Positions 41,501 through 56,500 of a stretch of DNA of 64,000 bases are shown here, one piece after another (positions within the stretch are counted from its first letter, which is position 1; every line of letters begins with the position of its first letter). The translations under genes and the position numbers were made by a program. Below the pieces are notes generated by a model that saw nothing but the letters and a program-made list of their open reading frames with translations, had not been told where the DNA came from and made no database searches. Source of the stretch: Haplodiscus bocki (lineage: Eukaryota); contig OZ296653.1 of assembly GCA_965655095.1 (NCBI GenBank), positions 79,670,001 through 79,734,000 on the forward strand, given 5' to 3'.

Positions 41501-44500
41501 CCGACTTCGCTAGTGTCTGTTCCAGGATTTATTGTGTTGATGATGGGTCAAACTCTTCAATATTTTCAGAACAAGATTCAAACAACCGTCGGCATGGAAG
41601 GAGACATTCCGGGGTTCGTTCTTTTTCGTGACTTCAAATTGCGCTCATTTTGTAATCAACTTTTCATAATAGAATTCATGTTGATGGGTGGTTCCTCATT
41701 GCGCCTGATGCAACACGAACTAGATCCTTTTCCAAATGACAATTTGTAAAACTTATCGGATACCTTTCTTTATTTGAAAAAAATTCCGATTGGACTTTTT
41801 TGAAAAAATTTATGGTTGTGTACAGTTTGACTACCGAAGACGAACATTTTAAAAATGCAACTTGCAATAATATAGAAAAACTCTGTCGACAAACTGTCGG
41901 TGTAATTTCTAAACCATTTTCCTAATTGAGTTCGTGAGTCTCGGCGTAAAATAAATTTAGGAGATTCCGACCTGGGAGATTTCGGCTTAGGAGATTTTGA
42001 CATGAAAGCGCTATTTCATGTTGAGATCTCACTCATTTATTAATCAGTTGGATCCAGAAAAAATTAAATTGGTGGCTTATGACAAGTGTGAACAATTCGA
42101 GAAGAATTATTTCAAACGGAAATTTACTATTTCAGATTTGACGCGTTCTGTAAGATATGAGTAATGCTCATGGCGTGGCAAACGCAAAGATTTCAAATCA
42201 TTTTTGTTCAGAAATGTTTCGACAACATTCAACCCGTCTTGAAGCAAGGGTTAAACTCTTCAATATTTTCAGAACATGATTCAAACAAACGCCGGCATGG
42301 AAGGAGACAAGGTGAGGAAGTAGCATCAAAGGTTTGGTTCGAAAGAGACGTTAATGAAATCTTTAGGGAGGGGAGGAGAGGGGTGAAATCCTCCGGCGCA
42401 AGATTCTTTTTTCTGACTCTGTAGATGAGTTTTTTGCGACCGAATGAATTCTCCTCCGTACCCCGAGCACTCCGAGGCAATGTAGCAAAACAAATATGCA
42501 CATTGAGTGAAAACGCTGGCTCATAACTGAACCAAGGTCAATTCCAAGGGTTTTTGGGCACAAAGGGTCCTTGAGTCAAGTGTGGTCAGATCGAATCTGC
42601 TGTAGGTACAAATTGCGAGATTAGAGTTTCGGCGAAGGCTTCAGCTCATAGCTTCCAACATTGAATTGTTACTGTTAAGCATTGGCATGCGGAATTTCAA
42701 ACAATCATATCGATTGCTCATGTGTGAAAATACTTTTCCCAAAAAAACTATGCAGAGGACTACGGCGATACTACATTGCACAGCTTCGGAATGCCTTTCT
42801 TCCACCACCTGGCTATACAAATAAAGTTTTACCGTGCCAAAAGGTGGTCTCTTGTGTATGATTGGGAGGAGTTAGATGTGAAGGACTATCGTATTCCAGC
42901 GTGCCAATATTGTATTCCATCTAACTTCTGCACTGTTGTGAAGAGTTCGCATACAAGTTTCCATTATTTCCGGTTGCCTGCAAAAGAGTTGCACTCTCAA
43001 CGGGAAACTGCCTACTTCAGCGGCTCAGATATAACGATTCCTGGTGGAGTTTTATTCCTTGGAATTCAAACTTCTTTCCTGTTTTGAGTTTCAGCTTCCC
43101 CTTACCATGACGGTAGCTTCATGATAACATTTTGAAAAAGGACACAACAGTCGGATTTTTGTTTCGGACGGAGTCCATACTTTTTTATGTTTCATGTCGT
43201 CCTTGAAACATTCTTTCCCCGACTTCGCTAGTGTCTGTTCCAGGATTTATTGTGTTGATGATGGGTCAAACTCTTCAATATTTTCAGAACAAGATTCAAA
43301 CAACCGTCGGCATGGAAGGAGACATTCCGGGGTTCGTTCTTTTTCGTGACTTCAAATTGCGCTCATTTTGTAATCAACTTTTCATAATAGAATTCATGTT
43401 GATGGGTGGTTCCTCATTGCGCCTGATGCAACACGAACAAGATCCTTTTCCAAATGACAATTTGTAAAACTTATCGGATACCTTTCTTTATATGAAAAAA
43501 ATTCCGATTGGACAACTTTTTTGAAAAATTTATGGTTGTGTACAGTTTGACTACCGAAGACGAACATTTTAAAAATGCAACTTGCAATAATATAAAAACT
43601 CTGTCGACAAACTGTCGGTGTAATTTCTAAACCATTTTCCTAATTGAGTTCGTGCGTCTTGGCGTAAAATAAATTTAGGAGATTCCGACCTGGGACATTT
43701 TGGCTTGGGAGACTTTGACATGAAAGCGCTATTTCATGTTGAGATGTCACTTATTCATTAATCAGTTGGATCCAGAAACAATTAAATTGGTGGCTTATGA
43801 CAAGTGTGAACAATTCGAGAAGAATTATTTCAAACGGAAATTCACTATTTCAGATTTGGCGCGTTCTGTAAGATATGAGTAATGCTCATGGCGTGGCAAA
43901 CGCAAAGATTTCAAATCATTTTTGTTCAGAAATGTTTCGACAACACTCAACCCGTCTTCAAGCAAAGGTTCAACTCTTCAATATTTTCAGAACATGATTC
44001 AAACAAACGCCGGCATGGAAGGAGACAAGGTGAGGAAGTAGCATCAAAGGTTTGGTTCGAAAGAGACGTTAATGAAATCTTCAGGGAGGGGAGGAGAGGG
44101 GTGGAACCCTCCGGCGCAAGATTCTTTTTTCTGACTCTGTAGATGAGTTTTTTCGCGACCGAATGAATTCTCCTCCGTACCCCGAGCACTCCGAGGCAAT
44201 GTAGCAAAACAAATATGCACATTGAGTGAAAACGCTGGCTCATAACTGAACCAAGGTCAATTCCAAGGGTTTTTGGGCACAAAGGGTCCTTGAGTCAAGT
44301 GTGGTCAGATCGAATCTGCTGTAGGTACAAATTGCGAGATTAGAGTTTCGGCGAAGGCTTCAGCTCATTGCTTCCAACATTGAATTGTTACTGTTAAGCA
44401 TTGGCATGCGGAAATTATAACAATCATATCGATTGCTCATGTGTGAAAATACTTTTCCCAAAAAAACTATGCAGAGGACTACGGCGATACTACATTGCAC

Positions 44501-47500
44501 AGCTTCGGAATGCCTTTCTTCCACCACCTGGCTATACATATAAAGTCTTACCGTGCCAAAAGGTGGTCTCTTGTGTATGATTGGGAGGAGTTAGATGTGA
44601 AGGACTATCGTATTCCAGCGTGCCAATATTGTATTCCATCTAACTTCTGCACTGTTGTGGAGAGTTCGCATACAAGTTTCCATTATTTCCGGTTGCCTGC
44701 AAAAGAGTTGCACTCTCCACCGGAAACTGCCTACTTCAGCGGCTCAGATATAACGATTCCTGGTGGAGTTTTATTCCTTGGAATTCAAACTTCTTCCCTG
44801 TCTTGAGTTTCAGCTTCCCCTTACCATGAGGGTAGCTTCATGATGACATTTTGAAAAAGGACACCCCACTCTGATTTTTGTTTCGGACGGAGCCCATACT
44901 TATTTATTTTTCATATCGTCCTTGAAAGATTCTTTCCTCGACCTCGATAGTGTCTGTTCCAGCACTTCTTGTGTTGCTGATGGGTTAAATTCTTCAATAT
45001 TTTCAGAACAAGATTCAAACAACCGTCGGCATGGAAGGAGACATTCCGGGGTTCGTTCTTTTTCGTGACTTCAAATTGCGCTCATTTTGTAATCAACTTC
45101 TCATAATAGAATTCATGTTGATGGGTGGTTCCTCATTGGGCCTGATGCAACACGAACTAGATCCTTTTCCAAATGACAATTTGTAAAACTTATCGGATAC
45201 CTTTCTTTATATGAAAAAAATTCCGATTGGACAACTTTTTTGAAAAATTTATGGTCGTGTACATTTTGACTACCGAAGACGAACATTTTAAAAATGCAAC
45301 TTGCAATAATACAGAAAAACTCTGTCGACAAACTATCGGTGTATTTTCTAAACCATTTTCCTAATTGAGTTCGTGCGTCTTGGCGTAGAATAAATTTAAG
45401 AGATTCCGACCTGGGAGATTTTGGCTTAGGAGATTTTGACATGAAAGCGCTATTTCATGTTGAGATGTCAATTATTTATTAATCAGTTGTATCCAGAAAA
45501 AATTAAATTGGTGGCTTATGACAAGTGTGAACAATTCGAGAAGGATTATTTCGAACGGAAATTTACTATTTCAGATTTCGCGCTCTGTAAGATATGAGTA
45601 ATGCTCATGGCGTGGCAAACGCAAAGATTTCAAATCAATTTTGTTCAGAAATGTTTCGACAACATTCAACCCGTCTTGAAGCAAGGGTTAAACTCTTCAA
45701 TAGTTTCAGAACATGATTCAAACAAACGCCGGCATGGAAGGAGACAAGGTGAGGAAGTAGCATCAAAGGTTTGGTTCGAAAGAGACGTTAATGAAATCTT
45801 TAGGGAGGGGAGGAGAGGGGTGGAACCCTCCGGCGCAAGATTCTTTTTTCTGACTCTGTAGATGAGTTTTTTGCGACCGAATGAATTCTCCTCCGTACCC
45901 CGAGCACTCCGAGGCAATGTAGCAAAACAAATATGCACATTGAGTGAAAACGCTGGCTCATAACTGAACCAAGGTCAATTCCAAGGGTTTTTGGGCACAA
46001 AGGGTCCTTGAGTCAAGTTTGGTCAGATCGAATCTGCTGTAGGTACAAATTGCGAGATTAGAGTTTCGGCGAAGGCTTCAGCTCATTGCTTCCAACATTG
46101 AATTGTTACTGTTAAGCATTGGCATGCGGAATTTCAAACAATCATATCGATTGCTCATGTGTGAAAATACTTTTCCCAAAAAAACTATGCAGAGGACTAC
46201 GGCGATACTACATTGCACAGCTTCGGAATGCCTTTCTTCCACCACCTGGCTATACAACTAAAGTTTTACCGTGCCAAAAGGTGGTCTCGTGTATGATTGG
46301 GAGTTAGATGTGAAGGACTATCGTATTGCAGCGTGCCAATATTGTATTCCATCTAACTTCTGCACTGTTGTGAAGAGTTCGCATACAAGTTTCCATTATT
46401 TCCGGTTGCCTGCAAAAGAGTTGCACTCTCCACGGGAAACTGCCTACTTCAGCGGCTCAGATATAACGATTCCTGGTGGAGTTTTATTCCTTGGAATTCA
46501 AACTTCTTTCCTGTTTTGAGTTTCAGCTTCCCCTTACCATGACGGTAGCTTCATGATAACATTTTGAAAAAGGACACAACAGTCGGATTTTTGTTTCGGA
46601 CGGAGTCCATACTTTTTTATGTTTCATGTCGTCCTTGAAAGATTCTTTCCTCGACCTCGATAGTGTCTGTTCCAGCACTTCTTGTGTTGCTGATGGGTTA
46701 AATTCTTCAATATTTTCAGAACAAGATTCAAACAACCGTCGGCATGGAAGGAGACATTCCGGGGTTCGTTCTTTTTCGTGACTTCAAATTGCGCTCATTT
46801 TGTAATCAACTTCTCATAATAGAATTCATGTTGATGGGTGGTTCCTCATTGGGCCTGATGCAACACGAACTAGATCCTTTTCCAAATGACAATTTGTAAA
46901 ACTTATCGGATACCTTTCTTTATATGAAAAAAATTCCGATTGGACAACTTTTTTGAAAAATTTATGGTCGTGTACATTTTGACTACCGAAGACGAACATT
47001 TTAAAAATGCAACTTGCAATAATACAGAAAAACTCTGTCGACAAACTATCGGTGTATTTTCTAAACCATTTTCCTAATTGAGTTCGTGCGTCTTGGCGTA
47101 GAATAAATTTAAGAGATTCCGACCTGGGAGATTTTGGCTTAGGAGATTTTGACATGAAAGCGCTATTTCATGTTGAGATGTCAATTATTTATTAATCAGT
47201 TGTATCCAGAAAAAATTAAATTGGTGGCTTATGACAAGTGTGAACAATTCGAGAAGGATTATTTCGAACGGAAATTTACTATTTCAGATTTCGCGCTCTG
47301 TAAGATATGAGTAATGCTCATGGCGTGGCAAACGCAAAGATTTCAAATCAATTTTGTTCAGAAATGTTTCGACAACATTCAACCCGTCTTGAAGCAAGGG
47401 TTAAACTCTTCAATAGTTTCAGAACATGATTCAAACAAACGCCGGCATGGAAGGAGACAAGGTGAGGAAGTAGCATCAAAGGTTTGGTTCGAAAGAGACG

Positions 47501-50500
47501 TTAATGAAATCTTTAGGGAGGGGAGGAGAGGGGTGGAACCCTCCGGCGCAAGATTCTTTTTTCTGACTCTGTAGATGAGTTTTTTGCGACCGAATGAATT
47601 CTCCTCCGTACCCCGAGCACTCCGAGGCAATGTAGCAAAACAAATATGCACATTGAGTGAAAACGCTGGCTCATAACTGAACCAAGGTCAATTCCAAGGG
47701 TTTTTGGGCACAAAGGGTCCTTGAGTCAAGTTTGGTCAGATCGAATCTGCTGTAGGTACAAATTGCGAGATTAGAGTTTCGGCGAAGGCTTCAGCTCATT
47801 GCTTCCAACATTGAATTGTTACTGTTAAGCATTGGCATGCGGAATTTCAAACAATCATATCGATTGCTCATGTGTGAAAATACTTTTCCCAAAAAAACTA
47901 TGCAGAGGACTACGGCGATACTACATTGCACAGCTTCGGAATGCCTTTCTTCCACCACCTGGCTATACAACTAAAGTTTTACCGTGCCAAAAGGTGGTCT
48001 CGTGTATGATTGGGAGTTAGATGTGAAGGACTATCGTATTGCAGCGTGCCAATATTGTATTCCATCTAACTTCTGCACTGTTGTGAAGAGTTCGCATACA
48101 AGTTTCCATTATTTCCGGTTGCCTGCAAAAGAGTTGCACTCTCCACGGGAAACTGCCTACTTCAGCGGCTCAGATATAACGATTCCTGGTGGAGTTTTAT
48201 TCCTTGGAATTCAAACTTCTTTCCTGTTTTGAGTTTCAGCTTCCCCTTACCATGACGGTAGCTTCATGATAACATTTTGAAAAAGGACACAACAGTCGGA
48301 TTTTTGTTTCGGACGGAGTCCATACTTTTTTATGTTTCATGTCGTCCTTGAAACATTCTTTCCCCGACATCGCTAGTGTCTGTTCCAGGATTTATTGTGT
48401 TGATGATGGGTTAAATTCTTCAATATTTTCAGAACAACATTCAAACAACCGTCGGCATGAAAGGAGACATTCCGGGGTTCGTTCTTTTTCGTGACTTCAA
48501 ATTGCGCTCATTTTGTAATCAACTTCTCAGAAAAGAATTCATGTTGATGGGTGGTTCCTCATTGCGCCTGATGCAACACGAACTAGATCCTTTTCCAAAT
48601 GACAATTTGTAAAACTTATCGGATACCTTTCTTTATACGAAAAAAATTCCGATTGGACAACTTTTTTGAAAAATTTATGGTCGTGTACATTTTGACTACC
48701 GAAGACGAACATTTTAAAAATGCAACTTGCAATATTATAGAAAAACTCTGTCGACAAACTATCGGTGTAATTTCTAAACCATTTTCCTAATTGAGTTCGT
48801 GCGTCTTGGCGTAAAATAAATTTAGGAGATTCCGACCTGGGACATTTTGGCTTGGGAGACTTTGACATGAAAGCGCTATTTCATGTTGAGATGTCATTTA
48901 TTCATTAATCAGTTGGATCCAGAAACAATTAAATTGGTGGCTTATGACAAGTGTGAACAATTCGAGAAGAATTATTTCAAACGGAAATTCACTTTTTCAG
49001 ATTTGGCGCGTTCTGTAAGATATGAGTAATGCTCATGGCGTGGCAAACGCAAAGATTTCAAATCATTTTTGTTCAGAAATGTTTCGACAACACTCAACCC
49101 GTCTTCAAGCAAAGGTTCAACTCTTCAATATTTTCAGAACATGATTCAAACAAACGCCGGCATGGAAGGAGACAAGGTGAGGAAGTAGCATCAAAGGTTT
49201 GGTTCGAAAGAGACGTTAATGAAATCTTTAGGGAGGGGAGGAGAGGGGTGGAACCCTCCGGCGCAAGATTCTTTTTTCTGACTCTGTAGATGAGTTTTTT
49301 GCGACCGAATGAATTCTCCTCCCTACCCCGAGCACTCCGAGGCAATAAAGCAAAACAAATATGCACATTGAGTGAAAACGCTGGCTCATAACTGAACCAA
49401 GGTCAATTCCAAGGGTTTTTGGGCACAAAGGGTCCTTGAGTCAAGTGTGGTCAGATCGAATCTGCTGTAGGTACAAATTGCGAGATTAGAGTTTCGGCGA
49501 AGGCTTCAGCTCATTGCTTCCAACATTGAATTGTTACTGTTAAGCATTGGCATGCGGAATTTCAAACAATCATATCGATTGCTCATGTGTGAAAATACTT
49601 TTCCCAAAAAAACTATGCAGAGGACTACGGCGATACTACATTGCACAGCTTCGGAATGCCTTTCTTCCACCACCTGGCTATACAAATAAAGTTTTACCGT
49701 GCCAAAAGGTGGTCTCTTGTGTATGATTGGGAGGAGTTAGATGTGAAGGACTATCGTATTCCAGCGTGCCAATATTGTATTCCATCTAACTTCTGCACTG
49801 TTGTGAAGAGTTCGCATACAAGTTTCCATTATTTCCGGTTGCCTGCAAAAGAGTTGCACTCTCAACGGGAAACTGCCTACTTCAGCGGCTCAGATATAAC
49901 GATTCCTGGTGGAGTTTTATTCCTTGGAATTCAAACTTCTTTCCTGTTTTGAGTTTCAGCTTCCCCTTACCATGACGGTAGCTTCATGATAACATTTTGA
50001 AAAAGGACACAACAGTCGGATTTTTGTTTCGGACGGAGTCCATACTTTTTTATGTTTCATGTCGTCCTTGAAACATTCTTTCCCCGACATCGCTAGTGTC
50101 TGTTCCAGGATTTATTGTGTTGATGATGGGTTAAATTCTTCAATATTTTCAGAACAAGATTCAAACAACCGTCGGCATGGAAGGAGACATTCCGGGGTTC
50201 GTTCTTTTTCGTGACTTCAAATTGCGCTCATTTTGTAATCAACTTCTCATAAAAGAATTCATGTTGATGGGTGGTTCCTCATTGCGCCTGATGCAACACG
50301 AACTAGATCCTTTTCCAAATGACAATTTGTAAAACTTATCGGATACCTTTCTTTATATGAAAAAAATTCCGATTGTACAACTTTTTTGAAAAATTTATGG
50401 TCGTGTACATTTTGACTACCGAAGACGAACATTTTAAAAATGCAACTTGCAATATTATAGAAAAACTCTGTCGACAAACTGTCGGTGTAATTTCTAAACC

Positions 50501-53500
50501 ATTTTCCTAAATGAGTTCGTGCGTCTTGGCGTAAAATAAATTTAGGAGATTCCGACCTGGGACATTTTGGCTTGGGAGACTTTGACATGAAAGCGCTATT
50601 TCATGTTGAGATGTCACTTATTCATTAATCAGTTGGATCCAGAAACAATTAAATTGGTGGCTTATGACAAGTGTGAACAATTCGAGAAGAATTATTTCAA
50701 ACGGAAATTTACTATTTCAGATTTGGCGCGTTCTGTAAGATATGAGTAATGCTCATGGCGTGGCAAACGCAAAGATTTCAAATCATTTTTGTTCAGAAAT
50801 GTTTCGACAACACTCAACCCGTCTTCAAGCAAAGGTTCAACTCTTCAATATTTTCATAAAATGATTCAAACAAACGCCGGCATGGGAGGAGACAAGGTGA
50901 GGAAGTAGCATCAAAGGTTTGGTTCGAAAGGGACGTTAATGAAATCTTTAGGGAGGGGAGGAGAGGGGTGAAATGCTCCGTCGCAAGACTCTTTTTTCTG
51001 ACTCTGTAGATGAGTTTTTTGCGACCGAATGAATTCTCGTCCGTACCCCGAGCACTCCGAGGCAATGTAGCAAAACAAATATGCACATTGAGTGAAAGCG
51101 CTGGCTCATAACTGAACCAAGGTCAATTCCAAGGGTTTTTGGGCACAAAGGGTCCTTGAGTCAAGTGTGGTCAGATCGAATCTGCTGTAGGAACAAATTG
51201 CGAGATTAGAGTTTCGGCGAAGGCTTCAGCTCATTGCTTCCAACATTGAATTGTTACTGTTAAGCATTGGCATGCGGAATTTCAAACAATCATATAGATT
51301 GCTCATGTGTGAAAATACTTTTCCCAAAAAAACTATGCAGAGGACTACAGCGATACTACATTGCACAACTTCGGAATGCCTTTCTTCCACCACCTGGCTA
51401 TACATATAAAGTCGAACCGTGCCAAAAAGTGGTCTCTTTTGTATGGTTGGGAGGAGTTAGATGTGAATGACTATCGTATTCCAGCGTGCCAATATTGTAT
51501 TCCATCTAACTTCTGCACTGTTGTGAAGAGTTCGCATACAAGTTTCCATTATTTCCGGTTGCCTGCAAAAGAGTTGCACTCTCCACGGGAAACTGCCTAC
51601 TTCAGCGGCTCAGATAAAACGATTCCTGGTGGAGTTTTATTCCTTGGAATTCAAACTTCTTTCCTGTTTTGAGTTTCAGCTTTCCCTTACCATGACGGTA
51701 GCTTCATGATAACATTTTGAAAAAGGACACAACAGTCGGATTTTTGTTTCGGACGGAGTCCATACTTTTTTACGTTTCATGTCGTCCTTGAAAGATTCTT
51801 TCCCCGACTTCGCTAGTGTCTGTTCCAGGATTTATTGTGTTGATGATGGGTTAAATTCTTCAATATTTTCAGAACAAGATTCAAACAACCGTCGGCATGG
51901 AAGGAGACAATCCGGGGTTCGTTCTTTTTCGTGACTTCAAATTGCGCTCATTTTGTAATCAACTTTTCATAATAGAATTCATGTTGATGGGTGGTTCCTC
52001 ATTGCGCCTGATGCAACACGAACTAGATCCTTTTCCAAATGACAATTTGTAAAACTTATCTGATACCTTTCTTTATATGAAAAAAATTCCGATTGGACAA
52101 CTTTTTTGAAAAATTTATGGCTGTGTACAGTTTGACTACCGAAGACGAACATTTTAAAAATGCAACTTGCAATAATATAGAAAAACTCTGTCGACAAACT
52201 GTCGGTGTAATTTCTAAACCATTTTCCTAATTGAGTTCGTGCGTCTTGGCGTAAAATAAATTTAAGAGATTCCGACCTGGGAGATTTTGGCTAAGGAGAT
52301 TTTGACATGAAAGCGCTATTTCATGTTGAGATGTCACTTATTCATTAATCAGTTGGATCCAGAAACAATTAAATTGGTGGCTTATGACATGTGTGAACAA
52401 TTCGAGAAAAATTATTTCAAACGGAAATTTACTATTTCAGATTTGGAGCGTTCTGTAAGATATGAGTAATGCTCATGTCGTGGCAAACGCAAAGATTTCA
52501 AATCATTTTTGTTCAGAAATGTTTCGACAACACTCAACCCGTCTTCAAGCAAGGGTTAAACTCTTCAATATTTTCATAACATGATTCAAACAAACGCCGG
52601 CATGGGAGGAGACAAGGTGAGGAAGTAGCATCAAAGGTTTGGTTCGAAAGAGACGTTAATGAAATCTTTAGGGAGGGGAGGAGAGGAGTGGAATGCTCCG
52701 GCGCAAGATTCTTTTTTCTGACTCCGTAGATGAGTTTTTTGCGACCGAATGAATTCTCCTCCGTACCCCGAGCACTCCGAGGCAATGTAGCAAAACAAAT
52801 ATGCACATTGAGTGAAAACGCTGGCTCATAACTGAACCAAGGTCAATTTAAAGGGTTTTTGGGCACAAAGGGTCCTTGAGTCAAGTGTGGTCAGATCGAA
52901 TCTGCTGTAGGTACAAATTGCGAGATTAGAGTTTCGGCGAAGGCTTCAGCTCATTGCTTCCAACATTGAATTGTTACTGTTAAGCATTGGTATTCGGAAT
53001 TTCAAACAATCATGTCGATTGCCCATGTGTGAAAATACTTTTCCCAAAAAAACTATGCAGAGGACTACGGCGATACTACATTGCACAGCTTCGGAATGCC
53101 TTTCTTCCACCACCTGGCTATACAAATAAAGTTTTACCGTGCCAAAAGGTGGTCTCTTGTGTATGATTGGGAGGAGTTAGATGTGAAGGACTATCGTATT
53201 CCAGCGTGCCAATATTGTATTCCATCTAACTTCTGCACTGTTGTGAAGAGTTCGCATACAAGTTTCCATTATTTCCGGTTGCCTGCAGAAGAGTTGCACT
53301 CTCCACGGGAAACTGCCTACTTCAGCGGTTCAGATATAACGATTCCTGGTGGAGTTTTATTCCCTGGAATTCAAACTTCTTCCCTCTGTCTTAAGTTTCA
53401 GCTTCCCCTTACCACGAGGGTAGCTTCATGATAACATTTTGAAGAAGAACACAACAGTCGGATTTTTGTTTCGGATGGAGTCCATACTTTTTTATGTTTC

Positions 53501-56500
53501 ATGTCGTCCTTGAAACATTCTTTCCCCGACTTCGCTAGTGTCTGTTCCAGGATTTATTGTGTTGATGATGGGTTAAATTCTTCAATATTTTCAGAACAAG
53601 ATTCAAACAACCGTCGGCATGGAAGGAGACATTCCGGGGTTCGTTCTTTTTCGTGACTTCAAATTGCGCTCATTTTGTAATCAACTTTTCATAATAGAAT
53701 TCATGTTGATGGGTGGTTCCTCATTGCGCCTGATGCAACACGAACAAGATCCTTTTCCAAATGACAATTTGTAAAACTTATCGGATACCTTTCTTTATAT
53801 GAAAAAACTTCCGATTGGACAACTTTTTAGAAAAATTTATGGTTGTGTACATTTTGACTACCGAAGACGAACATTTTAAAAATGCAACTTGCAATAATAT
53901 AGAAAAACTCTGTCGACAAACTGTCGGTGTAATTTCTAAACCATTTTCCTAATTGAGTTCGTGCGTCTCGGCGTAAAATAAATTTAGGAGATTCTGACCT
54001 GGGAGATTTCGGCTTAGGAGATTTTGACATGAAAGCGCTATTTCATGTTGAGATGTCACTTATTTATTAATCAGTTGGATCCACAAAAAATTAAATTGGT
54101 GGCTTATGACAAGTGTGAACAATTCGAGAAGAATTATTTTAAACGGAAAATGACTTTTTCAGATTTGACGCGTTCTGTAAGATATGAGTAATGCTCATGG
54201 CGTGGCAAACGCAAAGATTTCAAATCAATTTTGTTCAGAAATGTTTCGACAACATTCAACCCGTCTTGAAGCAAGGGTTAAACTCTTCAATATTTTCAGA
54301 ACATGATTCAAACAAACGCCGGCATGGAAGGAGACAAGGTGAGGAAGTAGCATCAAAGGTTTGGTTCGAAAGAGACGTTAATGAAATCTTTAGGGAGGGG
54401 AGGAGAGGGGTGAAATGCTCCGGCGCAAGATTCTTTTTTCTGACTCCGTAGATGAGTTTTTTGCGACCGAATGAATTCTCCTCCGTGCCCCGAGCACTCC
54501 GAGGCAATGTAGCAAAACAAATATGCACATTGAGTGAAAACGCTGGCTCATAACTGAACCAAGGTCAATTTCAAGGGTTTTTGGGCACAAAGGGTCCTTG
54601 AGTCAAGTGTGGTCAGATCTAATCTGCTGTAGGTACAAATTGCGAGATTAGAGTTTCGGCGAAGGCTTCAGCTCATTGCTTCCAACATTGAATTGTTACT
54701 GTTAAGCATTGGTATGCGGAATTTCAAACAATCATGTCGATTGCCCATGTGTGAAAATACTTTTCCCAAAAAAACTATGCAGAGGACTACGGCGATACTA
54801 CATTGCACAGCTTCGGAATGCCTTTCTTCCACCACCTGGCTATACATATAAAGTTTTACCGTGCCAAAAGGTGGTCTCTTGTGTATGATTGGGAGGAGTT
54901 AGATGTGAAGGACTATCGTATTCCAGCGTGCCAATATTGTATTCCATCTAACTTCTGCACTGTTGTGAAGAGTTCGCATACAAGTTTCCATTATTTCCGG
55001 TTGCCTGCAAAAGAGTTGCACTCTCCACGGGAAACTGCCTACTTCAGCGGCTCAGATATAACGATTCCTGGTGGAGTTTTATTCCTTGGAATTCAAACTT
55101 CTTCCCTGTCTTGAGTTTCAGCTTCCCCTTACCATGAGGGTAGCTTCATGGTGACATTTCTAAAAAGGACACCACACTCTGATTTTTGTTTCGGACGGAG
55201 CCCATACACATTTATTTTTCATATCGTCCTTGAAAGATTCTTTCCCCGACCTCGATAGTGTCTGTTCCAGCACTTCTTGTGTTGCTGATGGGTTAAATTC
55301 TTCAATATTTTCAGAACAACATTCAAACAACCGTCGGCATGGAAGGAGACATTCCGGGGTTCGTTCTTTTCGTGACTTCAAATTGCGCTCATTTTGTAAT
55401 CAACTTCTCATAATAGAATTCATGTTGATGGGTGGTTCCTCATTGGGCCTGATGCAACACGAACTAGATCCTTTTCCAAATGACAATTTGTAAAACTTAT
55501 CGGATACCTTTCTTTATATGAAAAAAATTCCGATTGGACAACTTTTTTGAAAAAAATATGGTCGTGTACATTTTGACTACCGAAGACGAACATTTTAAAA
55601 ATGCAACTTGCAATAATATAGAAAAACTCTGTCGACAAACTATCGGTGTAATTTCTAAACCATTTTCCTAATTGAGTTCGTGCGTCTTGGCGTAAAATAA
55701 ATTTAAGAGATTCCGACCTGGGAGATTTTGGCTTAGGAGATTTCGACATCAAAGCGCTATTTCATGTTGAGCTGTCACTTATTCATTAATCAGTTGGATC
55801 CAGAAACAATTAAATTGGTGGCTTATGACAAGTGTGAACAATTCGAGAAGAATTATTTCGAACGGAAATTTACTATTTCAGATTTGGCGCGTTCTGTAAG
55901 ATATGAGTAATGCTCATGGCGTGGCAAACGCAAAGATTTCAAATCATTTTTGTTCAGAAATGTTTCGACGACACTCAACCCGTCTTCAAGCAAGGGTTAA
56001 ACTCTTCAATATTTTCATAACATGATTCAAACAAACGCCGGCATGGGAGGAGACAAGGTGAGGAAGTAGCATCAAAGGTTTGGTTCGAAAGAGACGTTAA
56101 TGAAATCTTTAGGGAGGGGAGGAGAGGGGTGGAATGCTCCGGCGCAAGATTCTTTTTTCTGACTCTGTAGATGAGTTTTTTGCGACCGAATGAATTCTCC
56201 TCCGTACCCCGAGCACTCCGAGGCAATGTAGCAAAACAAATATGGACATTGATTGAAAACGCTGGCTCATAACTGAACCAAGGTCAATTCCAAGGGTTTT
56301 TGGGCACAAAGGGTCCTTGAGTCAAGTGTGGTCAGATCGAATCTGCTGTAGGTACAAATTGCAAGATTAGAGTTTCGGCGAAGGCTTCAGCTCATTGCTT
56401 CCAACATTGAATTGTTACTGTTAAGCATTGGCATGCGGAATTTCAAACAATCATATCGATTGCTCATGTGTGAAAATACTTTTCCCAAAAAAACTATGCA